Assembly (NCBI GenBank): GCA_963422395.1
Contig: OY729431.1
Coordinates: forward strand, 1,568,001-1,632,000
Origin: Vicinamibacteria bacterium
GTDB lineage: Bacteria > Acidobacteriota > Vicinamibacteria > Marinacidobacterales > Marinacidobacteraceae
Direction: 5' to 3'
Length of the DNA: 64,000 bases
Part shown: positions 38,131 to 47,554 of the stretch, piece after piece
How positions within the stretch are numbered: position 1 is the stretch's first letter
Layout of the letters: each line of letters starts with the position of its first letter
Program-made: the position numbers and the translations under genes
Notes under the pieces: generated by a model
What the model was told of the DNA's origin: nothing
Databases searched by the model: none
The model's input: the letters and a program-made list of their open reading frames with translations, nothing else

Positions 38131-39626
38131 GCGCCCTCCGTTCTTCTGAGAAACCTGCCCGGACCGAGGCGGCCCCGGAGCAGTGGAGTGAGGAAGCTGG
38201 CCGCCCCCAGGGCGAGGAGAGCCAGAGCGAGGGGACTTTCCAGGAAGACCGCGTGGGAACCCGAAGACAGGGCGAGCGCGCGGCGGTAGTTCGTTTCGAT
38301 CATCGGACCGAGGACGAGGCCGAGCACGGCGGGAGCGAGCGGGTAGCCGCGCCGGGTCATGGCGAATCCGGCGATCCCGAAAAACAGCGCGAACCAGGCG
38401 TCGGCGAGGTTCCCCCGGAGGGAGAACGCCCCGACGAGCGAGACCCCGACCACCAGCGGCATGAGCACCGAAGGCCGGAGGCGCACCACCCGGAGCCACA
38501 ACGGAATCCCGAGCCTCCCCACCACCGCCATGAACAGCACCGAGACCACGAAGCCGGCGTAGAGCGCGTGGACCAGCGGCGCCCGCTCGGCCATCAGCAG
38601 CGGGCCCGGAGCGACACCTTGCACCGTGAGCCCGCCGAGCAGCACCGCCGCACTCGCCGAGCCCGGGATGCCGAGGGCGAGCAGCGGGATCATCGCCGCG
38701 CCGACACAGGCGTTGTTCGCTGCCTCCGGAGCAGCGATGCCCGCAGGTTCGCCGGTTCCGAAGCGCTCCGGGTTCTTCGAGAAACGGCGCTCCTCGTTCC
38801 AGGCCACGAGGGAGGCGATCGTGGCCCCGGCGCCCGGGATCGCACCGATGCTCCCCCCGACGAGAGAGCCCCGCAGGATGCTGCGCCAGAACCGCAGGAG
38901 CTCGCGGACTCCAGGAAGCCCACCCTCGAGGCGCGGCGCTCCCGACGCTGGCTGGCGCCGCCGGGCCACAGCGTCGAGCGCCTCCGCGACGGCGAAGAAA
39001 CCGATCAGCATCGGCACGAGCCCGAATCCGTCGAGGAGCACGGGCACGCCGAAGGTGAGGCGCGGCGCCCCGGTCAGCACATCGAGGCCGACCAGGAAGG
39101 CCGCCAGGCCGAGCAGCGCGCTGATCACCCCCTTGAGCGGATCCTTGCCGATCAGATTGGCGACGATCGCTATGCCGAAGACCCCGAGGCCGAAGTATTC
39201 CGGAGGGCCGAAGGCGAGCGCTGCGCGGGAGAGGGGGCCGAGGGCGGCGACGAGCAGCACCGTCCCCAAGAGGCCGCCCCCCACCGAAGAGAACAGGGAT
39301 ATCCCCAGCGCCCGGCCCGCCTCGCCCCGCCGGGTCAGCGCGTGGCCGTCGAGCGTCGTCGCCAGCGCCGGCGGGCTCCCGGGAATCCCGATCGCGATCG
39401 CGGTGATGGAGCCGCCGTACTCCGCCGCCATGTAGAGCGCGATCATCATGAGGAGCGCCGGAACGGGGTCGAGCGCGAAGGTGACCGGCAATACCAGCGC
39501 CAAACCCACGGTGGAGCTCAGCCCCGGCACCGCGCCGGCGAAGACCCCGATCAGGCTCCCGGCGAGGAGTACGGCGAGGTTCACCGGAGCGAGCGCCGCG
39601 GCCCAGCCTTCGAGAAACGGGCTCAT
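38127..39626 (-). CDS. tctA: Tripartite tricarboxylate transporter large permease TctA
   Basis: GAVPGL, YGGSITAI..IPG, DGH, APEAANNA, LGIPGS, LGLVLGPMIE. Confidence 0.93.
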   Translation of the reverse strand: MSPFLEGWAAALAPVNLAVLLAGSLIGVFAGAVPGLSSTVGLALVLPVTFALDPVPALLMMIALYMAAEYGGSITAIAIGIPGSPPALATTLDGHALTRRGEAGRALGISLFSSVGGGLLGTVLLVAALGPLSRAALAFGPPEYFGLGVFGIAIVANLIGKDPLKGVISALLGLAAFLVGLDVLTGAPRLTFGVPVLLDGFGLVPMLIGFFAVAEALDAVARRRQPASGAPRLEGGLPGVRELLRFWRSILRGSLVGGSIGAIPGAGATIASLVAWNEERRFSKNPERFGTGEPAGIAAPEAANNACVGAAMIPLLALGIPGSASAAVLLGGLTVQGVAPGPLLMAERAPLVHALYAGFVVSVLFMAVVGRLGIPLWLRVVRLRPSVLMPLVVGVSLVGAFSLRGNLADAWFALFFGIAGFAMTRRGYPLAPAVLGLVLGPMIETNYRRALALSSGSHAVFLESPLALALLALGAASFLTPLLRGRLGPGRFLRRTEGA

Positions 39627-40058
39627 TCAGGGGAGCGGTACCCCGAGCGCGGCGGCGAACAGCAGGTGCGCGAATGCCGCGAAGCCGAGCGGAACTGCGG
39701 CGAGGATGCCGGGAGAGCGCTCGCCGGCGAGCCACATGAGCCAACAGGCGAGCGGGGCGAGGCACCAGGCGGCGCCGAAGACCGGGGACGCGAGGAGGAA
39801 GACGGCGATCCCGGCGAACGCACCGCCCAGCCGGAGGCCGCCGCCGAAACGCTCCGGTGGGGACCTTCGACGGACGCCGAGCCAGACGGCGCCGCCGATC
39901 AGGAATCCGGCCACCAGGCGTGGGAAGAGAGCGGGACCCGGAACGCCCGGGGAGAGCGGTGCGGGGTAGCCGCGGGCGTCCCAGAGGATCAGGCCCCCGA
40001 GGAGGGCGAGGACCGCCGCCTCGACGATCCCGCGTCGGGGACCCGACGCCTCACCCAT
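39627..40058 (-). CDS. tctB: Tripartite tricarboxylate transporter small subunit TctB
   Basis: PGPALFP motif, about 4 TMs, terminal LGVPLP; lies between tctC and tctA. Confidence 0.85.
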   Translation of the reverse strand: MGEASGPRRGIVEAAVLALLGGLILWDARGYPAPLSPGVPGPALFPRLVAGFLIGGAVWLGVRRRSPPERFGGGLRLGGAFAGIAVFLLASPVFGAAWCLAPLACWLMWLAGERSPGILAAVPLGFAAFAHLLFAAALGVPLP

Positions 40059-41100
40059 CGAGCAGCCCGAGGCGAGCCAGCAGTTCGCGGCTCGCAGCGA
40101 CCTCGGCGGCCATCCAGCGGGCGAACTCGTCCGCATCGGCCAAGGTGGCGTATTCCATCGCCGCCCGCATCATGTACTCCCGGAAGCCGGGAGATTCGAT
40201 GACCGCCGTCAGCCGCCGGCGCAGCTCGGTGCGCACTGCGGGAGCGAGCCCCGGCGGCCCCACCACGCCGCGCCAGTGGACCGGGGCCAGGTCGTAGCCC
40301 TCGTCCCGGTAGGTCGGTGTCCGCGGGAGGGCCGGCAGAGGCAGCGCCGAAGCGAGGACCCGCATCGTCCCGGCACGCAGATGCTCCCGCACGATGTCGA
40401 AGTTCGTGTGGACCGCGTCGGTGTGGCCGCCGAGTGCCGCCACCACCGCGTCCGCCGATCCCTCGTAGGCGATCCAGCGCACCTCCGGATCTCCTGCCGC
40501 AGCCCGTAGGCGGGCGAAGCCGAGGAAGTGCGCCGAGGCGGCGCCGAAGCCGGAGACCGACAACCCGCCCTCGGAGGCGAAGAGATCGGAGAGCGTGCGG
40601 AGAGGACTCTCCTCGCGCACGGCGATCAGGAACGGATCGAGCTGGATGCGGAGGATCGGGGTGAAATCGTCGGGAGTGAACGGAATCCGCCCGGTGGCCA
40701 TGTTCACCGTGCCGCTGGCGGTGAAGACCCCGAGCCGGTACGGGTCTCCCGGGCGCGTCTGCAGATACTGCATCCCGACGGCGCCCGCGCCTCCCTGCCG
40801 GGTCACCACGGTGACCCGCTGCCCGTCGAAGTGCGGGGGCGCCGCCCGGGCGAGAGCGCGGGCGAGGAGATCGCTCGGACCGCCGGGAGTGGCCCAGGAG
40901 ACGATCTCGATGGGACTGCTCGGAAACGGCGCCTCCCGGGGCTCGCCGCAGCCGGAGAGAGCCATACCGAGAGGCGCCATCCCGACCCGAAGAAGGAGTC
41001 GGCACCTCCACTTCCGGCGGATGCCCCTCCGTGCCCCGCATGGCAAGCGCCCCGACACTCGGCGCGATCCATTCGGACGCCGCTTACGGGGCTCTGGCAA
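40051..41100 (-). CDS. tctC: Tripartite tricarboxylate transporter substrate-binding protein TctC (lipoprotein)
   Basis: LSGC lipobox, FPSSPIEIV..PGGPSDLLAR, GGAGAVG, YEGS...ALGGHTD, WRGVVGPPG; the true start may be near 40980. Confidence 0.9.
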   Translation of the reverse strand: MPEPRKRRPNGSRRVSGRLPCGARRGIRRKWRCRLLLRVGMAPLGMALSGCGEPREAPFPSSPIEIVSWATPGGPSDLLARALARAAPPHFDGQRVTVVTRQGGAGAVGMQYLQTRPGDPYRLGVFTASGTVNMATGRIPFTPDDFTPILRIQLDPFLIAVREESPLRTLSDLFASEGGLSVSGFGAASAHFLGFARLRAAAGDPEVRWIAYEGSADAVVAALGGHTDAVHTNFDIVREHLRAGTMRVLASALPLPALPRTPTYRDEGYDLAPVHWRGVVGPPGLAPAVRTELRRRLTAVIESPGFREYMMRAAMEYATLADADEFARWMAAEVAASRELLARLGLLDG

Positions 41101-41157
41101 CGACGCGGGGCGCCTCCGCCGCGGACTGTCAGACGCCGTCGTTCCCCAAGGCTTCGC

Positions 41158-41940
41158 TCACATGCCGGAGACGCGGCCGGCGATTCGGTAGCACTGGAAG
41201 ATCACATGCCAGCCGATCGCCACGATCACGAGCCAGGCGATCCAGTAGTACTCGCCCGGAATTCCGAAGTTACCGCCGAAGAAGGGGGTGGCGTGCTCGT
41301 TGAGCATGGCCCACAGCAGCGGCAGCGACAGATAGGTGTTGTGCTTCGAACGGAGCCCGGCGAGCGCCGGATCGGCGGCTGCCGGGGCCTCGCCCGCCTT
41401 CACCGCGGCGATGATCCGCTGCTGAGCCGGCCAGATCCGGAACCAGACATTGAAAGCCATCATGGTCCCGAACATGGCGCCGGTGTGGATCAGCACGGCT
41501 CGCTCGGTGAAGCCGCCCACCGCGACGAAGAGCCACACCGTGACCGCGAGCAGCGCGAAGGAAACGAGGGTGGCGGCCCGCACCTTGGACCGGAGCCCGC
41601 TGCGCCAGAGGGCGTCGTAGAGGAACACCGCGAGGAAGGTCACCGCCACCATCAGCAGCGCACCGCCGCCCCAGCCATCCCCGGGGCCGAACATCAGGCC
41701 GCCGTGGTAGAAGACGAGAAGCAGCAGGACCGCTCCGGTGATCCAGGTCCAGGCGGCTCCCCAGCGAAACCAGTAGAGCGCCCGCGGCATGAGTTGGGGC
41801 ACCACTTTCTGCTTCGTTCTGCCATCCAGCTGCGCCGCCATCTGGGCGTTCACGAAGTTGAAGAAGTAGAGATGTCCGATCCAGAGGATTCCGACGAAGA
41901 CATGGAGCCATCGGAACAAGAAGACCAATCCGTCCATCAT
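41158..41940 (-). CDS. PuuD-like (urate hydroxylase N-terminal family) membrane protein lacking cytochrome c; in frame with the upstream lipocalin ORF
   Basis: RWLHV..GILWIGHLYFFN, GTMMAFNVWFRIWPAQ, RSKHNTYL; own SD-like GGAGGG ahead of ATG 41940. Confidence 0.8.
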   Translation of the reverse strand: MMDGLVFLFRWLHVFVGILWIGHLYFFNFVNAQMAAQLDGRTKQKVVPQLMPRALYWFRWGAAWTWITGAVLLLLVFYHGGLMFGPGDGWGGGALLMVAVTFLAVFLYDALWRSGLRSKVRAATLVSFALLAVTVWLFVAVGGFTERAVLIHTGAMFGTMMAFNVWFRIWPAQQRIIAAVKAGEAPAAADPALAGLRSKHNTYLSLPLLWAMLNEHATPFFGGNFGIPGEYYWIAWLVIVAIGWHVIFQCYRIAGRVSGM

Positions 41941-43215
41941 GGTGAGTTCCCTCCCCTCTCCGGCAGCGCCGAGGCCTTCCCCGAGAGCTTCGGCGGCGGC
42001 GTTGGGGACTCCGATTGTATCCGGGCGAAGCGCCGCGATCGCCACCTTCGCCCGGTAGCCGGTCATCTCCGCGAACCCCTGCCCCGCCGGGGCACGGTCA
42101 CCGGCCTCTTCCACTCGAACCGCCCCTTCCCAGTACGGGATGTCCGGCCCCGGATAGCCCGGCGGCCGCCGGTTCTCCTGGTCCGCGAGTAGGGGGAGAA
42201 CCCGGAAATCGAGCCGTTCGGCGGGAATTCGGATGCGCCAGGCGGCGGGATAGGGGCGCCCGCCGCCCCGGACGAACCCGGGATCGGGAGGTGTCCAGGA
42301 GTCGAGGACCTCGACGGAGGGCCGGACCTCCACGCGCACGCCGTCTTCGCGCCGCAGGGTGCCGCTCGCGTACGAGAGCGTGCCGTCGGCGCGGCGCAGC
42401 AGGTAGAGCATGAGGTCGCTTCCATCGTCCAGGTTCAGGCCGAACCAGTCCCACCCCGTCTGCTCCGAGGCGAGCCACGCCGAGCCGAACTCGCGGTCCA
42501 TCCAGGCGGTTCCGCGGACTTCGAATCGGCCGCCGCCGAGCTGCAAGCTGCCCTGCACCTGCAGCCGGGTATGGCTGTAGTAGAGGCTCGCCCGGCCTTC
42601 TTCCGACTTCCGGGAATAGCCGCCGTCTCCGTGGAGAAGCGGCGCCAGGGTCGGCGATGCGGCGAGCTGGAGCGAAAGCCCCTGCCGCTCGTCGGCGGCG
42701 CTCAGGAAGAAGGCTCCATCCTGCCAGAGGATCGACCAGGGACGGGCGACGCCCGGCGGGCCTCGGAACCAGGCGATCTCGGGGGCTGGCATCCTGCCGA
42801 AACGGGCGAAACCGGGAGACTCGCGGTGGGAGGTCTGCGAAAAGACGCGCTCGCCGCTGTCGAGATCGGCCACGACCGCGTGCCCCATCACCGCATGGCG
42901 AGCGCCCCAGGGCGAAGGTGCTGCCGGCGGGGGAGCGAGCGCGATCCCGCTCCGAAACGCGGTGAACTGCCAGGCGAACCGCCGCGTCCGGTCCGCAGTT
43001 TCGGCGAACCCGACGAAGTACCACCATTCGGTCCGATATCCGTCGTGCGCCCGGTGATCGCGGGGGAACTCCCAGTCGAATCCGGGAGCGGCCTGCTTCC
43101 AGTCGGGAGACGAAGCGGCGGCTGCCGTGAGAGGAACGGCGAGCGCGGCTACCGCGAGCCGCAAGCGAGCGCGGCGAAGCACCGGATCAAACCTCCTCGC
43201 GCAGCGGAGCGGCAC
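41941..43215 (-). CDS. AttH/CrtC-like lipocalin-domain protein (reads through into the PuuD-like gene)
   Basis: FPRDH..H..YRTEWWY, SLYYS, AWMDREF, GWDWF, YWEGAV, GFAEMTGY; no stop before 41158. Confidence 0.85.
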
Positions 43216-45802
43216 CGACGCGGGAGGCCAGACGGGCGGGCAGCGCAGCGGCCACGAGGCCGGCGAGCAGGACCGCAGCGGCCACCGCGATCAGCTCGGC
43301 GATCGGCCAGTGGAGTTCGAGGGTCCAGCCGAACCAGGCGGGGTTGACGACCCGGACGAGCAGCAGTGTCAGCAGCACGCCGGCCCCGCCGCCGATCGCG
43401 AGCGACATCGCCACGATCGCCGCGCCCCGGCCCAGGAAACCGGCGACCACCTGCGCCCGGCTCGCTCCGAGCGCCCGGTAGAGGGCGATCTCCGGTGCCC
43501 GTTCCCGAACCAGCGTCCACAAGGCGAGCCCCAGACCGAACGCCGCGATCAGCAGGGCGAAGGCTCGGAGCAGCCCCGTCACCGCCATCGTCTGGTCGAA
43601 CACCCGGAGCGCGCGGGCCCGGAGCGTCCGATTGTCCACCAGGAAGACTCCCGAACCCATGCTCCGTTCCAGCCGGGCGATCACCGCGCCGGGTTCCGCG
43701 CCCTCCCGTAGGTAGAGCGCCATCCCGTGGACCTCCGGGGATAGGAGATCCGGGGGCGGATAGAGGCGATTCATCAGGCGGCGGTCCATGAAGAGCGCTC
43801 CGATCTCGTTTCCATAGTCGCGATAGACGCCGGCGACCTCCGCCTCATACCCTCCCCGCTCGCCGGAATCGACGCCCGGCAGGGGCAGCCGGTCGCCGGG
43901 ACGCAGATCGAGGCGCCGGGCGAGCGGCTCGGACACCAGAATGGCCCCCGCCCGAAACCCCCGGAGCGCTCGCTCGCGATCCCCGAGGATGGAGAACCGC
44001 TCCCCGGCGCGCGGAAGCGACGACTCCACCCCGAGGACGGTGGTCGGTCGTCCCTCGATCCGGATGCGGAGAGCGCGCAACAGGTCCCGGAAGGCCACTT
44101 CGGGATCTGCGGCGGCAGCGTCTTGCACCGCGGACGGAAGAGCTCGGCGCTCGGCCGCTACCCGGCCGGGGCCGCGAGAGCGCGACACATAGACATCCGC
44201 CACCAGCGTCTCGCCGAGCCAGCTGTCCAGGGTGGCGCGAAAACTCCCGATCAGCGCGGTCACCGCGAGCAACATGGCGGCCGCCACTACCAGCGCCGCG
44301 GTCGGGGGGCCGGTGGAACGGGGTTCCCGGATCGCCGCCGCCGCCCCCCGGCTGAAGCTGGAGCGTTTTCCGGCGGCCCGGGCGATGGGGGCGAGCAGGG
44401 GAAACCCGGCGCCGGACAAAAGAGCGGCGCCGGTGAGCAGGGCGGCGGCGGCGCCGAACCCACCGCCGTAATTCGCCAACGGGCTTCCAGGGGCGAACAA
44501 CGGCCATCCCGCAGCAGCCATCAGGCCCGCCCCGAAGAGCGCGGGCGCGAAGCGGCGCAGCAGCCGGGGAGCGCGCCGCGAGAGCTTCCCGGAGAATTCG
44601 CCAGAAAATTCCCGGCCGGGCGCGAGGAGTGCTGCCGGCGGGCGCCGACTCCAGGCGAGAACCTCCGGCAGCGACCCGGGCAGCGCCGCCGCCACGGCTG
44701 CGAGGGCCGCAAGGGCGGCTACGCCCGGCGTGAGTGCCACGCTGTCGATCCGTTCGAGCAAGTAGAAATTCGTGATCGTCGCGCTGACCCGATCGAGCGA
44801 GGCCAAGGCGGCGAATCCTCCCACTGGAATTCCGAGGAGCACTCCGGCGAGGGTGGCGAGCAGTACCTCTCCGAGCAGGAGTGCTCCGGTCTGGCGCGCC
44901 GACGCCCCGAGAGCCCGGTAGAGCGCGATTTCCCGCCGGCGGGCGGCGAGCGCCGCCCGGACGCTCGCGTGGACCAGGAAGGCCCCGACCAGCACGCTCA
45001 CCGCCGAAAGCGCCAGCAGGTTCAGTCGGAACGCCGAAAAGAGCTCCGACCCCTGTTCGCGCAGCAGATCGGGGGACTCGACCCGGACTCCCGGAAGCAG
45101 CCGGGAAAGCGTCCGCGACAAGGCGGCGGGGTCGGCACCCTCCGCCGCCGCCACCTCGATGCGGTCGAACCCCGCCCGTCCCCGAAGCGCCTGAGCGAAG
45201 GCGAGGTCGAGGAAGGCCGCGGTCCCAGCCCCCTCCGGGGCCAGGACTCCGACAACCGGCGCCTCCCATCCGGCTTCTCCCCGCTCGATCCGCACCGGGT
45301 CCCCGACGCTCGCCCCGAGCTGTGCCGCCGCAGCCGGCGGCAGCACGATCCCACCGAGAAAGAGACCCTCACCGAGATCCGCAAACCGGCTCCGGCCGCC
45401 AGCCAGAACCGGCGCCGCGGCGGCGAACGAATTCGAGAGGATGTCTACCCCCCACGCCGCGACCGAAACTTCGGTCGGGATCTCGGACCCGGCGGCGGAA
45501 ACCGTTACTTCGGGCAGCCGGATCACCGGAGCCGCGCTCCTGACTCCGGGAGTTGCCAGGACCGCGGGCCAGGCGGCGTCGGGAACGCTTCCCGGCTCGT
45601 CGATCACCCCGGAGACCACGAGGTCCGCAGCTCCTGAAACCGCATCGAGGGTCGCGTCCAAGGTGTCGAGTGCCGCCCGGTTCAAGAGCTGGACCGAGAC
45701 CACCGCGCCGACGCCGAGAGCGATCGCGGCGACCTGGAGCAGCGCGAGCGCGGGAGCGGCCCAGAGGCGCGCGGGAGCCGCGCGGAGGAGAAGCCCGATC
45801 AC
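43187..45802 (-). CDS. FtsX/MacB-type ABC permease (AttF/G-like)
   Basis: Duplicated FtsX halves with R..EIALYRALGAS twice; FRLNLLALS; NPAWFGWTL. Confidence 0.9.
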   Translation of the reverse strand: MIGLLLRAAPARLWAAPALALLQVAAIALGVGAVVSVQLLNRAALDTLDATLDAVSGAADLVVSGVIDEPGSVPDAAWPAVLATPGVRSAAPVIRLPEVTVSAAGSEIPTEVSVAAWGVDILSNSFAAAAPVLAGGRSRFADLGEGLFLGGIVLPPAAAAQLGASVGDPVRIERGEAGWEAPVVGVLAPEGAGTAAFLDLAFAQALRGRAGFDRIEVAAAEGADPAALSRTLSRLLPGVRVESPDLLREQGSELFSAFRLNLLALSAVSVLVGAFLVHASVRAALAARRREIALYRALGASARQTGALLLGEVLLATLAGVLLGIPVGGFAALASLDRVSATITNFYLLERIDSVALTPGVAALAALAAVAAALPGSLPEVLAWSRRPPAALLAPGREFSGEFSGKLSRRAPRLLRRFAPALFGAGLMAAAGWPLFAPGSPLANYGGGFGAAAALLTGAALLSGAGFPLLAPIARAAGKRSSFSRGAAAAIREPRSTGPPTAALVVAAAMLLAVTALIGSFRATLDSWLGETLVADVYVSRSRGPGRVAAERRALPSAVQDAAAADPEVAFRDLLRALRIRIEGRPTTVLGVESSLPRAGERFSILGDRERALRGFRAGAILVSEPLARRLDLRPGDRLPLPGVDSGERGGYEAEVAGVYRDYGNEIGALFMDRRLMNRLYPPPDLLSPEVHGMALYLREGAEPGAVIARLERSMGSGVFLVDNRTLRARALRVFDQTMAVTGLLRAFALLIAAFGLGLALWTLVRERAPEIALYRALGASRAQVVAGFLGRGAAIVAMSLAIGGGAGVLLTLLLVRVVNPAWFGWTLELHWPIAELIAVAAAVLLAGLVAAALPARLASRVGAAPLREEV

Positions 45803-46506
45803 CGCTCCCGCAGCAGGCGCCCCCCATCGAGCCGCAAACGGGATTCGGTGCGCTCAGCGAGCTCGGGATCGTGCGTCGCGAGCAGGAGACCCGCTCCCTG
45901 TTCTCCGACGAGGCAGAAGAGCAGATCCGAGACTGCCGCCGCGCTCTCGGCGTCGAGGTTGCCGGTGGGCTCGTCCGCCAGGATCAGCCGCGGCCGCAGG
46001 AGCAGCGCCCGGGCGATCGCGGTCCGCTGCATCTCGCCGCCGGAGAGCAGCCGCGCCGGCTCCCGAGCACGGTCTCCGAGTTCGACCGCCGCCAGCAATC
46101 GGTCGGCAGCCGATTCGACCTCCTCCGGCGCGCCGTCCTCGCCGGGCACCTCGCGCCGGCGGGCGATCCGGGCGGGGAGCAGGACATTCTCCCGGACGGT
46201 CAGGTAGGGGACGAGATGGAAGAACTGGAACACGAAGCCCACGGTTCGGGAGCGGAGCCGGCTTCGCTCCACATCTCCGAGCGTCGAAAGGTCCCGCTCT
46301 CCGAGGCGCACCGATCCCCGATTCGGGGCTTCGATCCCGCCGGCGATGTGGAGCAGAGTGCTCTTGCCGCTGCCCGAGCGGCCCGCCACCGATACCGCCT
46401 CTCCCCCGCCGATCCGGAGGTCCACGGAGTCGAGAACGGTCGACTCCGAGCCATCGGCCTGGCGATAGCGTCTCGTGACCCCGCTCAGTTCGAGGACGGG
46501 GTTCAT
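45799..46506 (-). CDS. ABC transporter ATP-binding protein (LolD/AttE-like)
   Basis: GRSGSGKST, GFVFQFFHL, LSGGE, LADEPTGNLD, ATHD. Confidence 0.95.
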   Translation of the reverse strand: MNPVLELSGVTRRYRQADGSESTVLDSVDLRIGGGEAVSVAGRSGSGKSTLLHIAGGIEAPNRGSVRLGERDLSTLGDVERSRLRSRTVGFVFQFFHLVPYLTVRENVLLPARIARRREVPGEDGAPEEVESAADRLLAAVELGDRAREPARLLSGGEMQRTAIARALLLRPRLILADEPTGNLDAESAAAVSDLLFCLVGEQGAGLLLATHDPELAERTESRLRLDGGRLLRER

Positions 46507-47522
46507 CGGGAGAGAGCGTCGTTCCGGGCGGCCACCACCTGCGCCATCACTGCGAGCGCGATCTGTTCGGGGGAGCGGGCGCCGATGTCGAGTCCGATCG
46601 GGGCTGCGATCCGCGCCAGCGCCGTCTCGGAGAGGCCGCGCTCCCGGAGCCTCACCAAGCGGCGGGCGTGGGTCTTCCGGCTGCCCAGCGCACCGACATA
46701 GAAGGCGGGGCTCGCGAGAGCGGCGGCGAGCGCTGGATCGTCCAACTTGGGATCGTGGGTGAGCGTCGCCACTGCGGCGCCGGCGTCGAGCCCGATACGG
46801 CGCAGCCCCGGCTCGGGCCAGTCGTTCACGATCTCGACCTCGGGGAAGCGCTCCGCCGAAGCGAACACCGGGCGCGGGTCGCAGATCACCGGGCGGTAGC
46901 CCAGCATCCGCGCGAGCCCCGCGAGCGACTGGGCGATGTGGACTCCGCCGATGATCACCAGCGACTCGGGCGGTCGGATGACATCGCAGAAGACGGGCCC
47001 CCGCTCCGTCTCGCAGGCGGAGGGTTCGCCGCCGGCGAGGGCGGAGCGGGCCGCCTCGACCAGAGCCGGCGAGCGCCCTTCCAGGGATTCAGGCTCCGGC
47101 GATCCCTCGAAGAGCACCAGGCTCTCGCCGAGGTGCGGGCCGTCGGTGACTACCGCGAGCGCCACCGGCAGCCGACGGCGCATCCCTTCCCGCACCCGGC
47201 CGAGGAGCTCGCGGTCCGCGCGTTCCACGAACACCGTGAGCGAGCCTCCGCAGGCCAGTCCCACGCCCCAGGCCAACTCGTCGGATACCGCGAAACGCAA
47301 GAGCCGCGGCGAACCGGTCGCGAGCACTTCCCGCGCCGCCTCGACCACGCTCGCCTCTACGCAGCCGCCGCTCACCGACCCGGCGATTCCGCCTTCCGGA
47401 TCCACCGTCATCCGGGCACCGGGGCGGCGGGGCCCGGAGCCCCAGGCAGCCACGACGGTGGAGAGGGCGAGAGGCCCTTCCCCGGCGAGCCAGGAATCGA
47501 GGACCGGGGCGATGTCACGCAC
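46503..47522 (-). CDS. xdhC: XdhC/CoxF-family molybdenum cofactor insertion chaperone
   Basis: GSGPRRPGA, GSVSGGCVE, GLACGG, THDPKLD, YVGALGSR, PIGLDIGA. Confidence 0.93.
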   Translation of the reverse strand: MRDIAPVLDSWLAGEGPLALSTVVAAWGSGPRRPGARMTVDPEGGIAGSVSGGCVEASVVEAAREVLATGSPRLLRFAVSDELAWGVGLACGGSLTVFVERADRELLGRVREGMRRRLPVALAVVTDGPHLGESLVLFEGSPEPESLEGRSPALVEAARSALAGGEPSACETERGPVFCDVIRPPESLVIIGGVHIAQSLAGLARMLGYRPVICDPRPVFASAERFPEVEIVNDWPEPGLRRIGLDAGAAVATLTHDPKLDDPALAAALASPAFYVGALGSRKTHARRLVRLRERGLSETALARIAAPIGLDIGARSPEQIALAVMAQVVAARNDALSR

Positions 47523-47554
47523 GGCAGACGGGGATTATCCGCTTCTAGCAGAAG

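Noticed and set aside
33617-39765. 1102-aa ORF (33617..36925 +) and the apparent 1010-aa MmgE fusion
   Set aside because: Shadow frames of the SSS, CocE and TctA genes; MmgE starts at 38130.
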